From assembly GCA_039208305.1 (NCBI GenBank), contig JBCCRF010000001.1, positions 1 through 37,494 of the forward strand: 37,494 bases of DNA, given 5' to 3'. This DNA comes from Pseudomonadota bacterium (lineage in GTDB: Bacteria; Pseudomonadota; Alphaproteobacteria; Rhizobiales; Rhizobiaceae). A program made the position numbers and the translations under genes. Below are positions 9,781 to 19,847 of the stretch, piece by piece; the stretch's first letter is position 1; every line of letters starts with the position of its first letter. The notes under the pieces are model-generated. The model saw only the letters and a program-made list of their open reading frames with translations. It was not told the DNA's origin and did not search any database.

Positions 9781-10884
9781 ATGTTCTCCATCTTCCCGAC
9801 CGCCCGCCTGCGCCCTTCGCCCTTCTACGACGCCACCGTCGCCGAGGGCATGAATTCCGCCATGGTCTACAATGGCATGATCCTGCCGGCCTCCTATGGA
9901 GACCGCGAGGCGGAATATTGGCGGCTCATCAACGGCGTGTCGCAATGGGATGTCGCGGTGGAGCGGCAGGTGCAGCTGAAGGGGCCGGACGCTGCTGAAC
10001 TGGCGCAGATCCTGTCGCCGCGCGACCTGACCAAATGCAAGGTGGGGCAGGGCAAATATGTCGCCATGTGCAACCATGTCGGCGCCATCGTGAACGACCC
10101 CATTCTGCTGAAATTGGATGAGGATTTGTTTTGGTTCTCCATCGCCGACAGCGACGTGTGGCTCTGGGCTTCCGCCATCGCCGCCGAACGCAAGCTGGAT
10201 GTGGAGATCACTGAGCCGGACGTCTCCCCCATGGCGATCCAAGGGCCGCTGGCGGAAGACGTGGTCGCCCATGTTTGCGGTGACTGGGTGCGGGAGCTGA
10301 AATATTTCTGGTTCCGCGAAAGCCACATCGACGGCATTCCCGTCGCGGTGCAGCGCTCCGGCTGGTCGAAACAGGGTGGCTTCGAGATTTATCTGCGCGA
10401 CGGCACCAAGGGCACGCAGTTGTGGAACATCTTCAAGGAAGCAGGCCAGCCCTGGGGCATAGGCCCCGGCGCGCCGACGAGTGCCGAGCGCACCGAAAGC
10501 GGCCTCGTGTCCATCGGCGGGGATACGAGCGACAACACCAACCCTTATGAAGTGCGACTGGGTCGCTACGTCGATCTCGACGTGCCGGATCACGTGGTGG
10601 GTATTCAGGCGCTGCGGAAGATCGCCGAAGACGGGCCCACGCGTCATCAGCTCGGCCTGGTTCTGGAAGGCGACGTGCCCGCACCGCTTGGCCTCAACTG
10701 GGAGCCGGTGCTGCTGAATGGCGAGCACCTTGGCGACATGACCAACTGCGTGTGGTCGCCCCGAATGGAGACCAATATCGGTTACGCGCTGATCTCCGTG
10801 AAGGCGAAGGCGGGCGACGATGTGCTGATCCAGCGGCCTGCCGGGCAGGTGAAAGCGAAACTCGTCGAACTGCCGTTCCTCTAA
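9781..10884 (+). CDS. GcvT-family aminomethyltransferase, DmdA (DMSP demethylase)-like
   Basis: [49 protein letters not shown] as in DmdA. It departs from the canonical roseobacter DmdA I recall (PTSAER vs PNxIER). Confidence 0.8.
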   Translation: MFSIFPTARLRPSPFYDATVAEGMNSAMVYNGMILPASYGDREAEYWRLINGVSQWDVAVERQVQLKGPDAAELAQILSPRDLTKCKVGQGKYVAMCNHVGAIVNDPILLKLDEDLFWFSIADSDVWLWASAIAAERKLDVEITEPDVSPMAIQGPLAEDVVAHVCGDWVRELKYFWFRESHIDGIPVAVQRSGWSKQGGFEIYLRDGTKGTQLWNIFKEAGQPWGIGPGAPTSAERTESGLVSIGGDTSDNTNPYEVRLGRYVDLDVPDHVVGIQALRKIAEDGPTRHQLGLVLEGDVPAPLGLNWEPVLLNGEHLGDMTNCVWSPRMETNIGYALISVKAKAGDDVLIQRPAGQVKAKLVELPFL

Positions 10885-10909
10885 TTCCAGCCAGCGCGAG
10901 ACCGATCCG

Positions 10910-11704
10910 ATGCAGCTTCCTGACCTGACGCTCAACAATCTCACGATGGACGCCGATGGCGAGATCGCCATCGTGTCGCTCAACCGCGCCGCCAAGCGCA
11001 ACGCGCTGAATGCGGAGACGATCGAGGAACTGATCGATGTCTTTACCGCCATGCCGAAATCCGGTGCGCGGGCCGTGGTGTTGCGTGCGGAGGGCGAGCA
11101 TTTTTCCGCCGGCCTCGATCTGGTGGAACATCATAAGCAGCAGCGCACGGCGGCGGATTTCATGCAGGTTTGCCTGCGCTGGCACGAGGCCTTCAACAAG
11201 ATGGAATATGGCGGCGTGCCGATCATCGCCGCCTTGAAGGGCGCTGCCGTCGGCGGTGGACTGGAACTGGCCTCTGCCGCCCATATTCGCGTGGCGGACG
11301 AGACCAGCTATTTTGCCCTGCCGGAAGGCCAGCGCGGGCTGTTCACCGGCGGCGGCGCAACCCTGCGTGTAGCGGAACTTGTGGGCCGCGCCCGCATGAC
11401 CGACATGATGCTGACGGGCCGTATCTACAAGGCGCGCGAGGCGATGGAAGTGGGCCTATGCCAATATGTGGAGGCCGACAGCGAGGCCAAGGCATTGGAA
11501 CTGGCCCATGCCTGCGCCTCCGTTCCGCCGCTCTCCAATTTCGCCATCTGCTCCGCCATCTCCCACAGCCGCAATATGTCCGCGATGGATGCAGCCTATA
11601 TGGAGGCGTTCGTGGCCGGTGTGGTGAATACGCAGGAAGCTGCGGGCGACCGGCTGGCGGCCTTTGCCGACAAGACCGGCGCGCGGATCAAGCCGACGGG
11701 ATAG
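10910..11704 (+). CDS. dmdD: Crotonase-family methylthioacryloyl-CoA hydratase DmdD
   Basis: [50 protein letters not shown] and [10 protein letters not shown] closely match Ruegeria pomeroyi DmdD as recalled. Confidence 0.82.
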   Translation: MQLPDLTLNNLTMDADGEIAIVSLNRAAKRNALNAETIEELIDVFTAMPKSGARAVVLRAEGEHFSAGLDLVEHHKQQRTAADFMQVCLRWHEAFNKMEYGGVPIIAALKGAAVGGGLELASAAHIRVADETSYFALPEGQRGLFTGGGATLRVAELVGRARMTDMMLTGRIYKAREAMEVGLCQYVEADSEAKALELAHACASVPPLSNFAICSAISHSRNMSAMDAAYMEAFVAGVVNTQEAAGDRLAAFADKTGARIKPTG

Positions 11705-11762
11705 GCTTTTCAAGGGTCGGCGTCAGTTCTACGGTTGGGGAACGCCCTGACCGTAGTTCGCC

Positions 11763-11963
11763 GTGCCTGCACAAGACAAGAATCTGGCCACCTACCTCGT
11801 CGACGCTCTGCCAAAGACGGAAGTCAATCTGGACATCGAAGGCAAGCTGGAACCGGAGATGATACTGGCGCTGGTGAAGAACTCCATCGTGGCATCGTTT
11901 CTCAGCGACAGTGAAAAACAAGCCCATCTCAACAAGCTGGATGAGGTCGCGCGTTGGACCTGA
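11763..11963 (+). pseudogene. Internally deleted adenine/adenosine deaminase remnant
   Basis: LPKTEVNLDIEGKLEPEMILAL resembles the family N-terminus LPKAELHLHIEGSLEPE with both His lost. It is fused to KNSIVASFLSDSEKQAHL, which resembles the family C-terminus. Confidence 0.72.
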
Positions 11964-12035
11964 GAAAGCTCCACGATGACAAATACCGTCATCAGTGGAC
12001 CAGTCTATTGTCCAGCCCGGTTTGCAAGCGACATT

Positions 12036-12449
12036 ATGGTGCATCTCACTCTCTTCGGGACGCTCCACATGCTCGCAAGATCGCTGCTCGTCGCCCTTGC
12101 AATCGCGTCGCTCTTGCTCGGTTTCGGGTCCGAGGCCGGTCTGTGGTTCACCGTTTCCATCGCCTGCGCGCTGCTTGCGCTTTTTCTGCTGCGTCGGGCT
12201 GGCAATCCGAAAGCTTGGTGCATCGCAGCGCTCCTCGCGGCTGCGGTCTGGATGCCGTTCTTTCTGATGGGCTATCATGACGCCAACGGCTGGGCAGGGG
12301 CTGCGCGAACCGCCACGCAGGCCAGCGGCACGAGCGTTATCGTTGGCGTTTATGGCGTCGCGCATCACCTGCAGTGGCTGCTGGTGGGAACGCTGGGCTT
12401 AGTGCTGGCAGCGTGCATTGCGCGAGGGCTGAGGGGGACGAAAGCATGA
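12036..12449 (+). CDS. Hypothetical integral membrane protein (about 4 TM helices)
   Basis: Long hydrophobic runs; stop overlaps the next ATG (ATGA at 12446-12449); start uncertain (11976/12036/12069). Confidence 0.62.
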   Translation: MVHLTLFGTLHMLARSLLVALAIASLLLGFGSEAGLWFTVSIACALLALFLLRRAGNPKAWCIAALLAAAVWMPFFLMGYHDANGWAGAARTATQASGTSVIVGVYGVAHHLQWLLVGTLGLVLAACIARGLRGTKA

Positions 12450-14317
12450 AACGCCTCATCGCAGCAGCGCTGCTTGCCCTTACATTCATTAGTGCTGCAC
12501 GGGCCGAGATAACGCTCGATACCGATCCGGAACGCATTGCACTTTTGCAGTACGTTGGTGCCGACGCGACGATGAGGTCATACCTGGAAAGGTCCTACGC
12601 GGCCCGGTTCGGTAAGACCGGCGGGACCATCTACGCTTCGACTGAACCGGTCGCCATCCTTGCTTCTGTCGAGCAAGACGGAACGAAGACGGCGGTCAGA
12701 TACAAAAGACGCTCTGGGCTTGTCGGTAGTTTGCGCAGCATGATCCCGGTGCTGAACCGACTAGCTTCAGAAGGTAATGCGGACGATCAATTCGTTCTTG
12801 CGGTTCTCAAAGCGAGAATGGCTATGCACATCGGCCAGTTGGATGTCGCTGCAGATCTACTGGAAGGGGCGATGGCGGCTGCCGTTTCCCGCGGCGCCGA
12901 AGACGTCAACATGGTCTCCGCAATGGCCGATTTGGCTGAAATTGAACGTTTGCGCGGAAACAAGCTACCCGCATTGGATTATTTTATGCGGGCTTCTGTC
13001 TGCAGGTTCGAATGCCCAAGCGACATCGTCTTTTCTGTCCTTGAAGACGTCAATTTCGTCCGGTCGCGCTCTCAGTTGTGGGAGCGTTTTGGCAAGAAGG
13101 AGGCCGTGCCTTTCGTGGCATCGCTTGTAAAAGCGTTTCGGCAGCGCCGGGCAGATCAGGAAGAGATAAAGCGCGCCGACATTTCCGCATGGCTTGGCGA
13201 ATTTCTAACCATCGATCCCCTTTTGCAGATCGCGCTTGAGCGGCGTGGTGAGCCAACCAAAGGACCGATTTCTGAGGCGCGGGCCGACGAAGAGTTGGTC
13301 GCTCAATTGGCGCCTTTTGAGGGCGTGGAGATCAAAGACTTTATCGACATGGTCAACGATGCGCTCGTCAGCAACATCGTTGCTGGCCGCTACCAAGCCG
13401 CCATTGCCATCACCGAGGCCACGTTCGGCAAGTTCGAAGTTCACACAGTCGAGCCAAAGACGTGGTATCGCTTCCAGCGTTTTTATGGGCGCGCGCTGTT
13501 CCGTGCCCGCGATCCGCGCACACGTGAGCATTATGCTTGGCTGGTGGACAATCTCATCAAGGGAAACTGGGTGACAAAGGGGTACGAACCGTTCGAGGAA
13601 GCCGACAAGATTTTGCTCGACCTGTTCGACACACCCGATCTGGATACGATCAGACGACTTCTGGAACCGATGATCGGGCAGCAGAACGTCTTTCGGCTTC
13701 ACGCGTTGAACGCGCGGTTGCACTCCCGCGAGGGTGACAATGCTAAGGCTGCGGAGATCATGGCGTTCCTGCGGAAGGCGCCAGCGATGCAGGAGATGAA
13801 GCCGGAACGGCAGTTGGCTTATCGCGCGCAACACGCTGCCTATCTGAGGCTGGCTGGTGAAGATGACCAAGCCAACGCGCTGATGGCCGATGTCAGTGCG
13901 GTGTCATTCGAGATACCGACCGCCTCCGACGTGAAGTTGACCAGTTGGGCATCCTTCGGCGAAATCCAATTGCCAATGGAGCTTCGCGAGAGGGGGCTAT
14001 ACGAAGGGGCTGCCCACATAATGGCGGCGGAGCTTCCAAAGGTGCCTGCGCTGGAGGCAAAAGGCACTTATACCGACGCGCAAGTGCTATGGCAGATGGC
14101 CTTCACCTTTGCCCGTGCCGGACAACAGGCGTTGGCCTTCGACCTGATGGACCGCGCGGCTCGGATTGCCTCGCGCATCTCGTTTGAAACGGCGGGGCAG
14201 GACGGACTGGAACTGCTGGAGCGGGACCGTCAGCGCTACCTGCTTTTCGTCGACATCGCCTGGGGTGCTGCCACGGGTCAGCGACCGCAAAACATGTCGG
14301 TGCTCTCGCGCTACTGA
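12446..14317 (+). CDS. Exported alpha-helical/TPR-like hypothetical protein
   Basis: Signal peptide MKRLIAAALLALTFISAARA|E; TPR-like segments (MADLAEIERLRGNKLPALDYF, LWQMAFTFARAGQQALAFDLM); GAGGGG upstream of ATG. Confidence 0.75.
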   Translation: MKRLIAAALLALTFISAARAEITLDTDPERIALLQYVGADATMRSYLERSYAARFGKTGGTIYASTEPVAILASVEQDGTKTAVRYKRRSGLVGSLRSMIPVLNRLASEGNADDQFVLAVLKARMAMHIGQLDVAADLLEGAMAAAVSRGAEDVNMVSAMADLAEIERLRGNKLPALDYFMRASVCRFECPSDIVFSVLEDVNFVRSRSQLWERFGKKEAVPFVASLVKAFRQRRADQEEIKRADISAWLGEFLTIDPLLQIALERRGEPTKGPISEARADEELVAQLAPFEGVEIKDFIDMVNDALVSNIVAGRYQAAIAITEATFGKFEVHTVEPKTWYRFQRFYGRALFRARDPRTREHYAWLVDNLIKGNWVTKGYEPFEEADKILLDLFDTPDLDTIRRLLEPMIGQQNVFRLHALNARLHSREGDNAKAAEIMAFLRKAPAMQEMKPERQLAYRAQHAAYLRLAGEDDQANALMADVSAVSFEIPTASDVKLTSWASFGEIQLPMELRERGLYEGAAHIMAAELPKVPALEAKGTYTDAQVLWQMAFTFARAGQQALAFDLMDRAARIASRISFETAGQDGLELLERDRQRYLLFVDIAWGAATGQRPQNMSVLSRY

Positions 14318-15990
14318 GCCGATGCCGCAAGCCGCTTGCCGCCATCCCCCACCAGCACGAAAGGTGCCCAGGCGGAGGGGTGAGCAAGGCTCGGATCGCG
14401 CTCGTCTTCGATCATCTTCACCATGGCGCGGCGCAGTGCTTCGGACCGGGCAAGGCCTGGCTCGTCACGAAGCGCGGCCAAAGTGTCGACCGTCAGCCGC
14501 GCCGCCGCATCGTCCCGCACGGGCCAGTGGGACACGAGGATTGATCGCGCACCGGCAAAGAGAAAGGCCTGTGCCAGTCCTGATAGGCCTTCAGCGCCTG
14601 GGGTGCCGTCGCTACCTGCCGTGTTGCATGCGGACAGGATCACCCATTCGGCGTCGAGATCAAGCGCCGCTACCTCCGAGGCTGTCAGCAAGCCATCATC
14701 TTCGCTCGTAGGCGTCCGCGGTGGCGTGAAAACGAGCGCCGGTTCCGCCAGACCGTCCAATTCGCCCGCCAGCAAGCCGTGGGTCGCGAAGGCGATGACG
14801 GATGCACCCGTCAGCGGCGCTTCCTTCACCGCGGTTTCGCTGGCATCCGCACCCAGCGTGATGCTGCTGCTGTTGGGGCCGAAGACGTTTGCGATATCGT
14901 TCAGTTCGCGTCGGGTGCCGGGTAGTTGAGCCAAAGAGCGGATCGCATCTGCCCCACCGCTGCGAAACGCACTGTTGACGTCGAGCGAGGCCACCTGCGT
15001 TTCTGATTGTGACGGTTCCGCATCGACACCCGCGAACAGCGGATCACCGAAGCCAATAAAACCGGCAGTTGCCGCGCTCGTTTGCGAGTTGGCCAACCCC
15101 CGCACCGTCGACAGACTGGTGATCGAGGGCAGCGTTGTCACCGCCATCTGGTGCAGCAGAAAAGGCGCCTCGCGCAGGGGTGTGCGATCGGTGACACCTT
15201 CGGCAGGTGCCTGCGTGAGAAGCAGCGAGAAGGGCAGGCTCGCCAGTGAACCATCCACCACCGCATAGAGGTGATCGACGTTAGACAATATGGGCGCGAA
15301 GGGGGCCAGAAGCGCCTCGTACACATCGAAAGCCTCTAGTCTGGCGAACTCATCTGTTGCGGCCCGATCAGAGTCATCATCGAGAGAATCCGCCCCGCGC
15401 ACTTCGTTTGCGCCGCCGACCGTGCGGCGAATGGCGGAGACTTTTGCAGCCAGATCCTCTGCGCTTAGGGGCACCCGGTTCCAGCGGGTGTCCTCGCGTG
15501 TAATCACCCACACGTAGACCGTGCCCGATGCGGTGAGCGTCGCAAGCAGCGCCTCGTCCTCGGCAAGATCGGAACGCACATCTGCAATTGAGCGCGGTCT
15601 TGGATTGGCGATTTCGTCATAGGTGGGAAAGCGGCGCGTGATCTGCGCTGACAGAGACGTTGCCTGCGCTACGGCATCATCAAGCGCCTGCCGCAGCGTG
15701 TCCTGCCCGTCCTCGCCATTCTTTACGGCCACAAGCCAAGCCTTGCGAAGCTTGTCGATCTCCACGTCGAGATTTTGCCGATCACGAACCAGTTCAGCGA
15801 GCTGCGGATCGGTGATGGCGGCGCGCGCGCCAACCTTGGCCACCGCACGGGCGGCAGCCGAGGCCATCACCCATTGCGCCCCACGGAATGCACCATCATC
15901 AGCAGGCTGAGTGGCGAAAGCTGAACTCTGACAGGTCATCACAGTGGCAAAGGCGATCAGCAACTGTCTGAGACGACACCAGACTCTCAC
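14311..15990 (-). CDS. CHAT-domain (caspase-HetF family) protease with signal peptide and no TPR array
   Basis: DGSLASLPF, GFGDP, LPGTRRE, FATHG (His), DDGLLTASEV, LSACNT (Cys), SHWPV, HPSAWAPF. GGAAGGA lies 8 nt before GTG 15990, giving MRVWCRLRQLLIAFATVMTCQSSAFA|. Confidence 0.9.
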   Translation of the reverse strand: MRVWCRLRQLLIAFATVMTCQSSAFATQPADDGAFRGAQWVMASAAARAVAKVGARAAITDPQLAELVRDRQNLDVEIDKLRKAWLVAVKNGEDGQDTLRQALDDAVAQATSLSAQITRRFPTYDEIANPRPRSIADVRSDLAEDEALLATLTASGTVYVWVITREDTRWNRVPLSAEDLAAKVSAIRRTVGGANEVRGADSLDDDSDRAATDEFARLEAFDVYEALLAPFAPILSNVDHLYAVVDGSLASLPFSLLLTQAPAEGVTDRTPLREAPFLLHQMAVTTLPSITSLSTVRGLANSQTSAATAGFIGFGDPLFAGVDAEPSQSETQVASLDVNSAFRSGGADAIRSLAQLPGTRRELNDIANVFGPNSSSITLGADASETAVKEAPLTGASVIAFATHGLLAGELDGLAEPALVFTPPRTPTSEDDGLLTASEVAALDLDAEWVILSACNTAGSDGTPGAEGLSGLAQAFLFAGARSILVSHWPVRDDAAARLTVDTLAALRDEPGLARSEALRRAMVKMIEDERDPSLAHPSAWAPFVLVGDGGKRLAASAQ

Positions 15991-16544
15991 AACGCAATTC
16001 CTTCCCTGGATGCTCCCTACACCCCACAGATATTGTGCCACCGGAGCGGAGCCAACTTCAACCGGAGCGGGGGCTTCGGTAGGAAGCCCTTGCGCAAACG
16101 AGTGCAGCGAATAGATGATGGATCAACGGGCTGGCGAATTTACGCTCCACCGTGATGGCGTAAAAGCGCTCCACACTGTCAAGCGCTCGGTTCGTCAGCA
16201 CCACATCGATGCTGAGCCTATCCAGCCTTTGCAGCAGTCTGACAGAAGTGCCGGAGTGCAGCGTCATTGTCGGCTTTAAGGCAACGCTTGGAGATTAATC
16301 GTCGTATTCAATCGTTTTCGGGCGGTTGCCCGATGGCCAAAACGCCGCACCGTAGCTATGCCTAAAGATGGTAGTCGTGTCACTTGCGCCTCTCAGCCAT
16401 GTCGCCCCATGACTAAGCGGTCGATTTTAGGCGGCGCGGCTACCACCTTTCGCCACGCTGTGTCGGGCATCAGGCCATTTCGATCATCGCGATGTCTGTG
16501 GCATGGTCTTCCTTCAGTGCAGCCTTACGTGCAGGCGGACGATC

Positions 16545-18236
16545 GTGCCCAACATCCTGTTCATCATGTTCGACCAGTTGCGGTTCGACTATCTGTCCTG
16601 CGCTTTTGGTGATGCACGGGAAAACCGTCATCTCGACCTGCCGCTGACCACACCTAACATTGATGCGATTGCCGCGAAGGGAGTGCGGTTTCGCAACGCC
16701 TATGTGCAATCACCGGTCTGTGGCGCATCGCGGATGAGTTTTTACACCGGGCGGTACGTGTCGTCCCACGGTGCGCAGGGGAACAACTTTCCGCTCAAGG
16801 TGGGCGAGCAGACCATCGGCGATCACCTGCGTCGGTTTGGCATGTCATCATGGCTTGTGGGCAAAACCCACATGAAAGCGGATCACGAAGGCATGGCGCG
16901 GCTTGGCCTGTCACCCGACAGCAGAATCGGCGCGCGTGTGGCGGAATGCGGCTTCGATATCTGGGCGCGGGATGACGGTCTCTGGGCGCAAGGACCGGAC
17001 GGGTTCTACGATTCCAAACGCTCGCCCTATAACGAGTATCTGAAGCAGCGCGGTTATCCAGGCGACAACCCCTGGCACGATTTCGCCAATGCCGGTGTCG
17101 ATGATGGCGGTGATATAGCGTCGGGCTGGTTCATGAAACACGCCAACAGGGCGGCCAATATCGACGAACGGGACAGCGAGACACCGTGGCTGACACGCGA
17201 GGTCATTGCCTTCATCGACAGTCGTGAGGGCAATGACGAGCCATGGCTGTGCCACGCCTCCTATATCAAACCCCATTGGCCCTACATCGTGCCCGCCCCC
17301 TATCACGATATGTATAGAGGGCATGTTCCAGAGCCGATCCGCCATGATGCGGAGCGGGTCGACCCGCATCCCGTCATCGCGCAATTCATGGCCAACCGCA
17401 TCGGGCAAGCCTTTCAACGCGACGAGGTGCGTGAAGCGGTGCTGCCGGCCTATATGGGTCTGATCAGGCAGTGCGATGACCAGATGGGCGTGCTGTTCGA
17501 TCATCTCGAACGGACGGGTCGCATGGACGATACGATGATCGTCATCACATCAGACCATGGCGACTATCTCGGCGACCACTGGCTCGGAGAGAAAGATCTC
17601 TTTCACGCGCAATCCGTGAAGGTGCCGCTCATCATCTACGATCCATCCGCCGCAGCAGATGTGACGCGCGGCACCACCTGTGATGCCCTGGTGGAGGGGA
17701 TTGATCTTGCGGCGACTTTCATCGAGTTCGCGGGAGGAGACGTGCCGGATCACATCATCGAGGGCCGGTCGCTCATGCCGTTTCTGCATGGCCGAGAGCC
17801 TGAGGTGTGGCGCGACGTTGCCGTCAGCGAATACGATTACTCGACAAGCGGGATGGCGGAAAATCTTGGTGTTGCCCCGCGCGACGCGCGTCTCTTCATG
17901 GTCTGCAATGGGCGTTGGAAGCTCATTCATGCGGAGGGTGGTGATGAGGCTGGATCGTTCCCGCCCATCCTGTTCGATCTCGAAAACGACAAGGCTGAGT
18001 TTCACGATCTCGGCCGCAGTGCGGACCATGTCGACGTGATCGCGCAGATGTACGATCATCTGGCAAAGTGGAGCCGCCGCATGGCGCAGCGCACGACCAT
18101 GTCTGAGAACAATATCCTGGCACGGCGAACAGGATCGGACTCGGTGGGCATTTTCATCGGTGTTTATGACGAGACCGATGTCGCGCCGGAAAACGCCGTC
18201 CACTACACCGGCCCTACGCCGAGACGATCGGATTAG
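16545..18236 (+). CDS. Sulfatase-like hydrolase (arylsulfatase/phosphonate monoester hydrolase type)
   Basis: PNILFIMFDQLR, CGASR..YTG formylglycine motif, GKTH, KPHWP, TSDHG; GTG at 16545. Confidence 0.9.
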   Translation: MPNILFIMFDQLRFDYLSCAFGDARENRHLDLPLTTPNIDAIAAKGVRFRNAYVQSPVCGASRMSFYTGRYVSSHGAQGNNFPLKVGEQTIGDHLRRFGMSSWLVGKTHMKADHEGMARLGLSPDSRIGARVAECGFDIWARDDGLWAQGPDGFYDSKRSPYNEYLKQRGYPGDNPWHDFANAGVDDGGDIASGWFMKHANRAANIDERDSETPWLTREVIAFIDSREGNDEPWLCHASYIKPHWPYIVPAPYHDMYRGHVPEPIRHDAERVDPHPVIAQFMANRIGQAFQRDEVREAVLPAYMGLIRQCDDQMGVLFDHLERTGRMDDTMIVITSDHGDYLGDHWLGEKDLFHAQSVKVPLIIYDPSAAADVTRGTTCDALVEGIDLAATFIEFAGGDVPDHIIEGRSLMPFLHGREPEVWRDVAVSEYDYSTSGMAENLGVAPRDARLFMVCNGRWKLIHAEGGDEAGSFPPILFDLENDKAEFHDLGRSADHVDVIAQMYDHLAKWSRRMAQRTTMSENNILARRTGSDSVGIFIGVYDETDVAPENAVHYTGPTPRRSD

Positions 18237-18298
18237 AGCGGTTCAAACCTGATTTGAAACGCGAGGCGATCCGTCCGTTTGACCGACGGCACCGCTCT
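18235..18298. repeat. Short palindromic element starting inside the sulfatase TAG stop
   Basis: Terminal inverted repeat AGAGCGGT (18235-42) / ACCGCTCT (18291-98); inner hairpins TTCAAA-N5-TTTGAA and CCGTC..GACGG. Confidence 0.55.
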
Positions 18299-18320
18299 TG
18301 CGACATAGGAGCGAGTGCAG

Positions 18321-19847
18321 ATGTCAGGAAAGTCTCCCGTGTCCGATCTTCTCGACGTTTTCGTCATCGGTGGTGGTATCAATGGCTGCGGTATCGCTCG
18401 CGATGCGGCAGGGCGTGGTTACAAGGTTGCGCTGGCGGAGATGAACGATCTGGCGTCCGGCACGTCGTCATGGTCATCCAAGCTCATCCATGGGGGCTTG
18501 CGCTATCTGGAGCATTACGAGTTCCGCCTTGTGCGCGAGGCCTTGGGGGAGCGTGAGGTTCTGCTGTGCGCCGCGCCGCACATCATCTGGCCCATGCGGT
18601 TCGTCCTGCCCCACCACAAGGGCTTGCGACCCAGCTGGCTGCTGCGGATCGGGCTGTTTCTTTATGACTCACTTGGCAAGCGTGAATTGCTCGACGGGAC
18701 CAAGACGCTGGACCTGAGGACACACGCAGTCGGGACACCGCTGAAAGATGATTTCACTAAAGGCTTTGAGTATTCGGACTGCTGGGTGAACGATGCCCGT
18801 CTCGTGGTTCTGAATGCGGTGGATGCCGTGAAGCAGGGGGCCAGTGTCGAGACCCGTACCGAGGTCATCTCCGCGCGGCGGGTGGAACAGGAAGGGCAGT
18901 CGATCTGGGAGATCGTCACCCGCAACAATCTCACCGGTGCGGAAAAGACACGACACGCCCGCCTCATCGTGAACGCCGCTGGGCCATGGGTCGACAAGGT
19001 GCTGGGCAAGGCACTTGGCCGAAACGATGCGAAGAACGTGCGCCTCGTACAGGGCAGCCATATCGTCGTGCCGAAACTGCATGACCACGACCGAGCCTAC
19101 ATTTTCCAGAACGCGGACGAGCGCATCATCTTCGCACTGCCCTATGAGCAGGATTACACGCTGATCGGCACCACCGACCGCGACTATGACGGCGATCCGT
19201 CAGACGTGGCGATCACGCCGGAAGAGACGTCTTATCTCTGCGAGGCAGCGAGCGAGTATTTCAAAAAACCGGTGATCGAGGACGAAATCGTGTGGACCTA
19301 TTCCGGCGTCCGCCCGCTCTACGATGATGGCGCGACCGCCGCACAGGAGGCGACCCGCGACTACGTGTTGAAGGCCGAAGGCGATGGCGAGACGGCGCCC
19401 GTGGTCAACATCTTCGGCGGCAAGATCACCACCTTCCGCAAACTGGCGGAAAGCATGCTGGACGAGATCGAGGAAAAGATCGGCGCGAAGGGCAAGCCTT
19501 GGACAGCAGGCGCATCGCTGCCGGGCGGAGATTTCGAAGTGCGCGCCTTCGACGACCTTGTCGCGAAGGTGAAGTCCGCCCAACCCTGGATGGAAGATCG
19601 CCACGCCAAACGCCTCGCCCGCGCCTACGGCACCAGCGTCTGGACGCTTCTGAATGGCGTCTCATCACAGGCCGATATGGGGCGCGACTTCGGCGCAACG
19701 CTGACGGAGCGTGAGGTAAACTATCTGCGCGAACACGAGTGGGCGATCACGGCTGACGACGTCTGCTGGCGGCGCACCAAACTGGGCATCCGCATGGGCG
19801 CGGAGCGCATCGCCACACTGGATGAGTGGATGAGGGCAGCCGCATGA
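18321..19847 (+). CDS. glpD: FAD-dependent glycerol-3-phosphate dehydrogenase
   Basis: IGGGINGCGIARDAAGRG, GTSSWSSKLIHGGLRYLEHYEFRLVREAL, GVRPL, GGKITTFR, WRRTKLG. Confidence 0.95.
   Translation: MSGKSPVSDLLDVFVIGGGINGCGIARDAAGRGYKVALAEMNDLASGTSSWSSKLIHGGLRYLEHYEFRLVREALGEREVLLCAAPHIIWPMRFVLPHHKGLRPSWLLRIGLFLYDSLGKRELLDGTKTLDLRTHAVGTPLKDDFTKGFEYSDCWVNDARLVVLNAVDAVKQGASVETRTEVISARRVEQEGQSIWEIVTRNNLTGAEKTRHARLIVNAAGPWVDKVLGKALGRNDAKNVRLVQGSHIVVPKLHDHDRAYIFQNADERIIFALPYEQDYTLIGTTDRDYDGDPSDVAITPEETSYLCEAASEYFKKPVIEDEIVWTYSGVRPLYDDGATAAQEATRDYVLKAEGDGETAPVVNIFGGKITTFRKLAESMLDEIEEKIGAKGKPWTAGASLPGGDFEVRAFDDLVAKVKSAQPWMEDRHAKRLARAYGTSVWTLLNGVSSQADMGRDFGATLTEREVNYLREHEWAITADDVCWRRTKLGIRMGAERIATLDEWMRAAA

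Noticed and set aside
14311-15990. CHAT protease as part of a type III-E CRISPR (Craspase) system
   Set aside because: No cas genes or repeat-spacer array seen in the window, and the protein appears to be exported.
16058-16500. Short ORFs or an RNA gene between the CHAT and sulfatase genes
   Set aside because: No recognisable motif, RBS or convincing structure; treated as a divergent promoter region.
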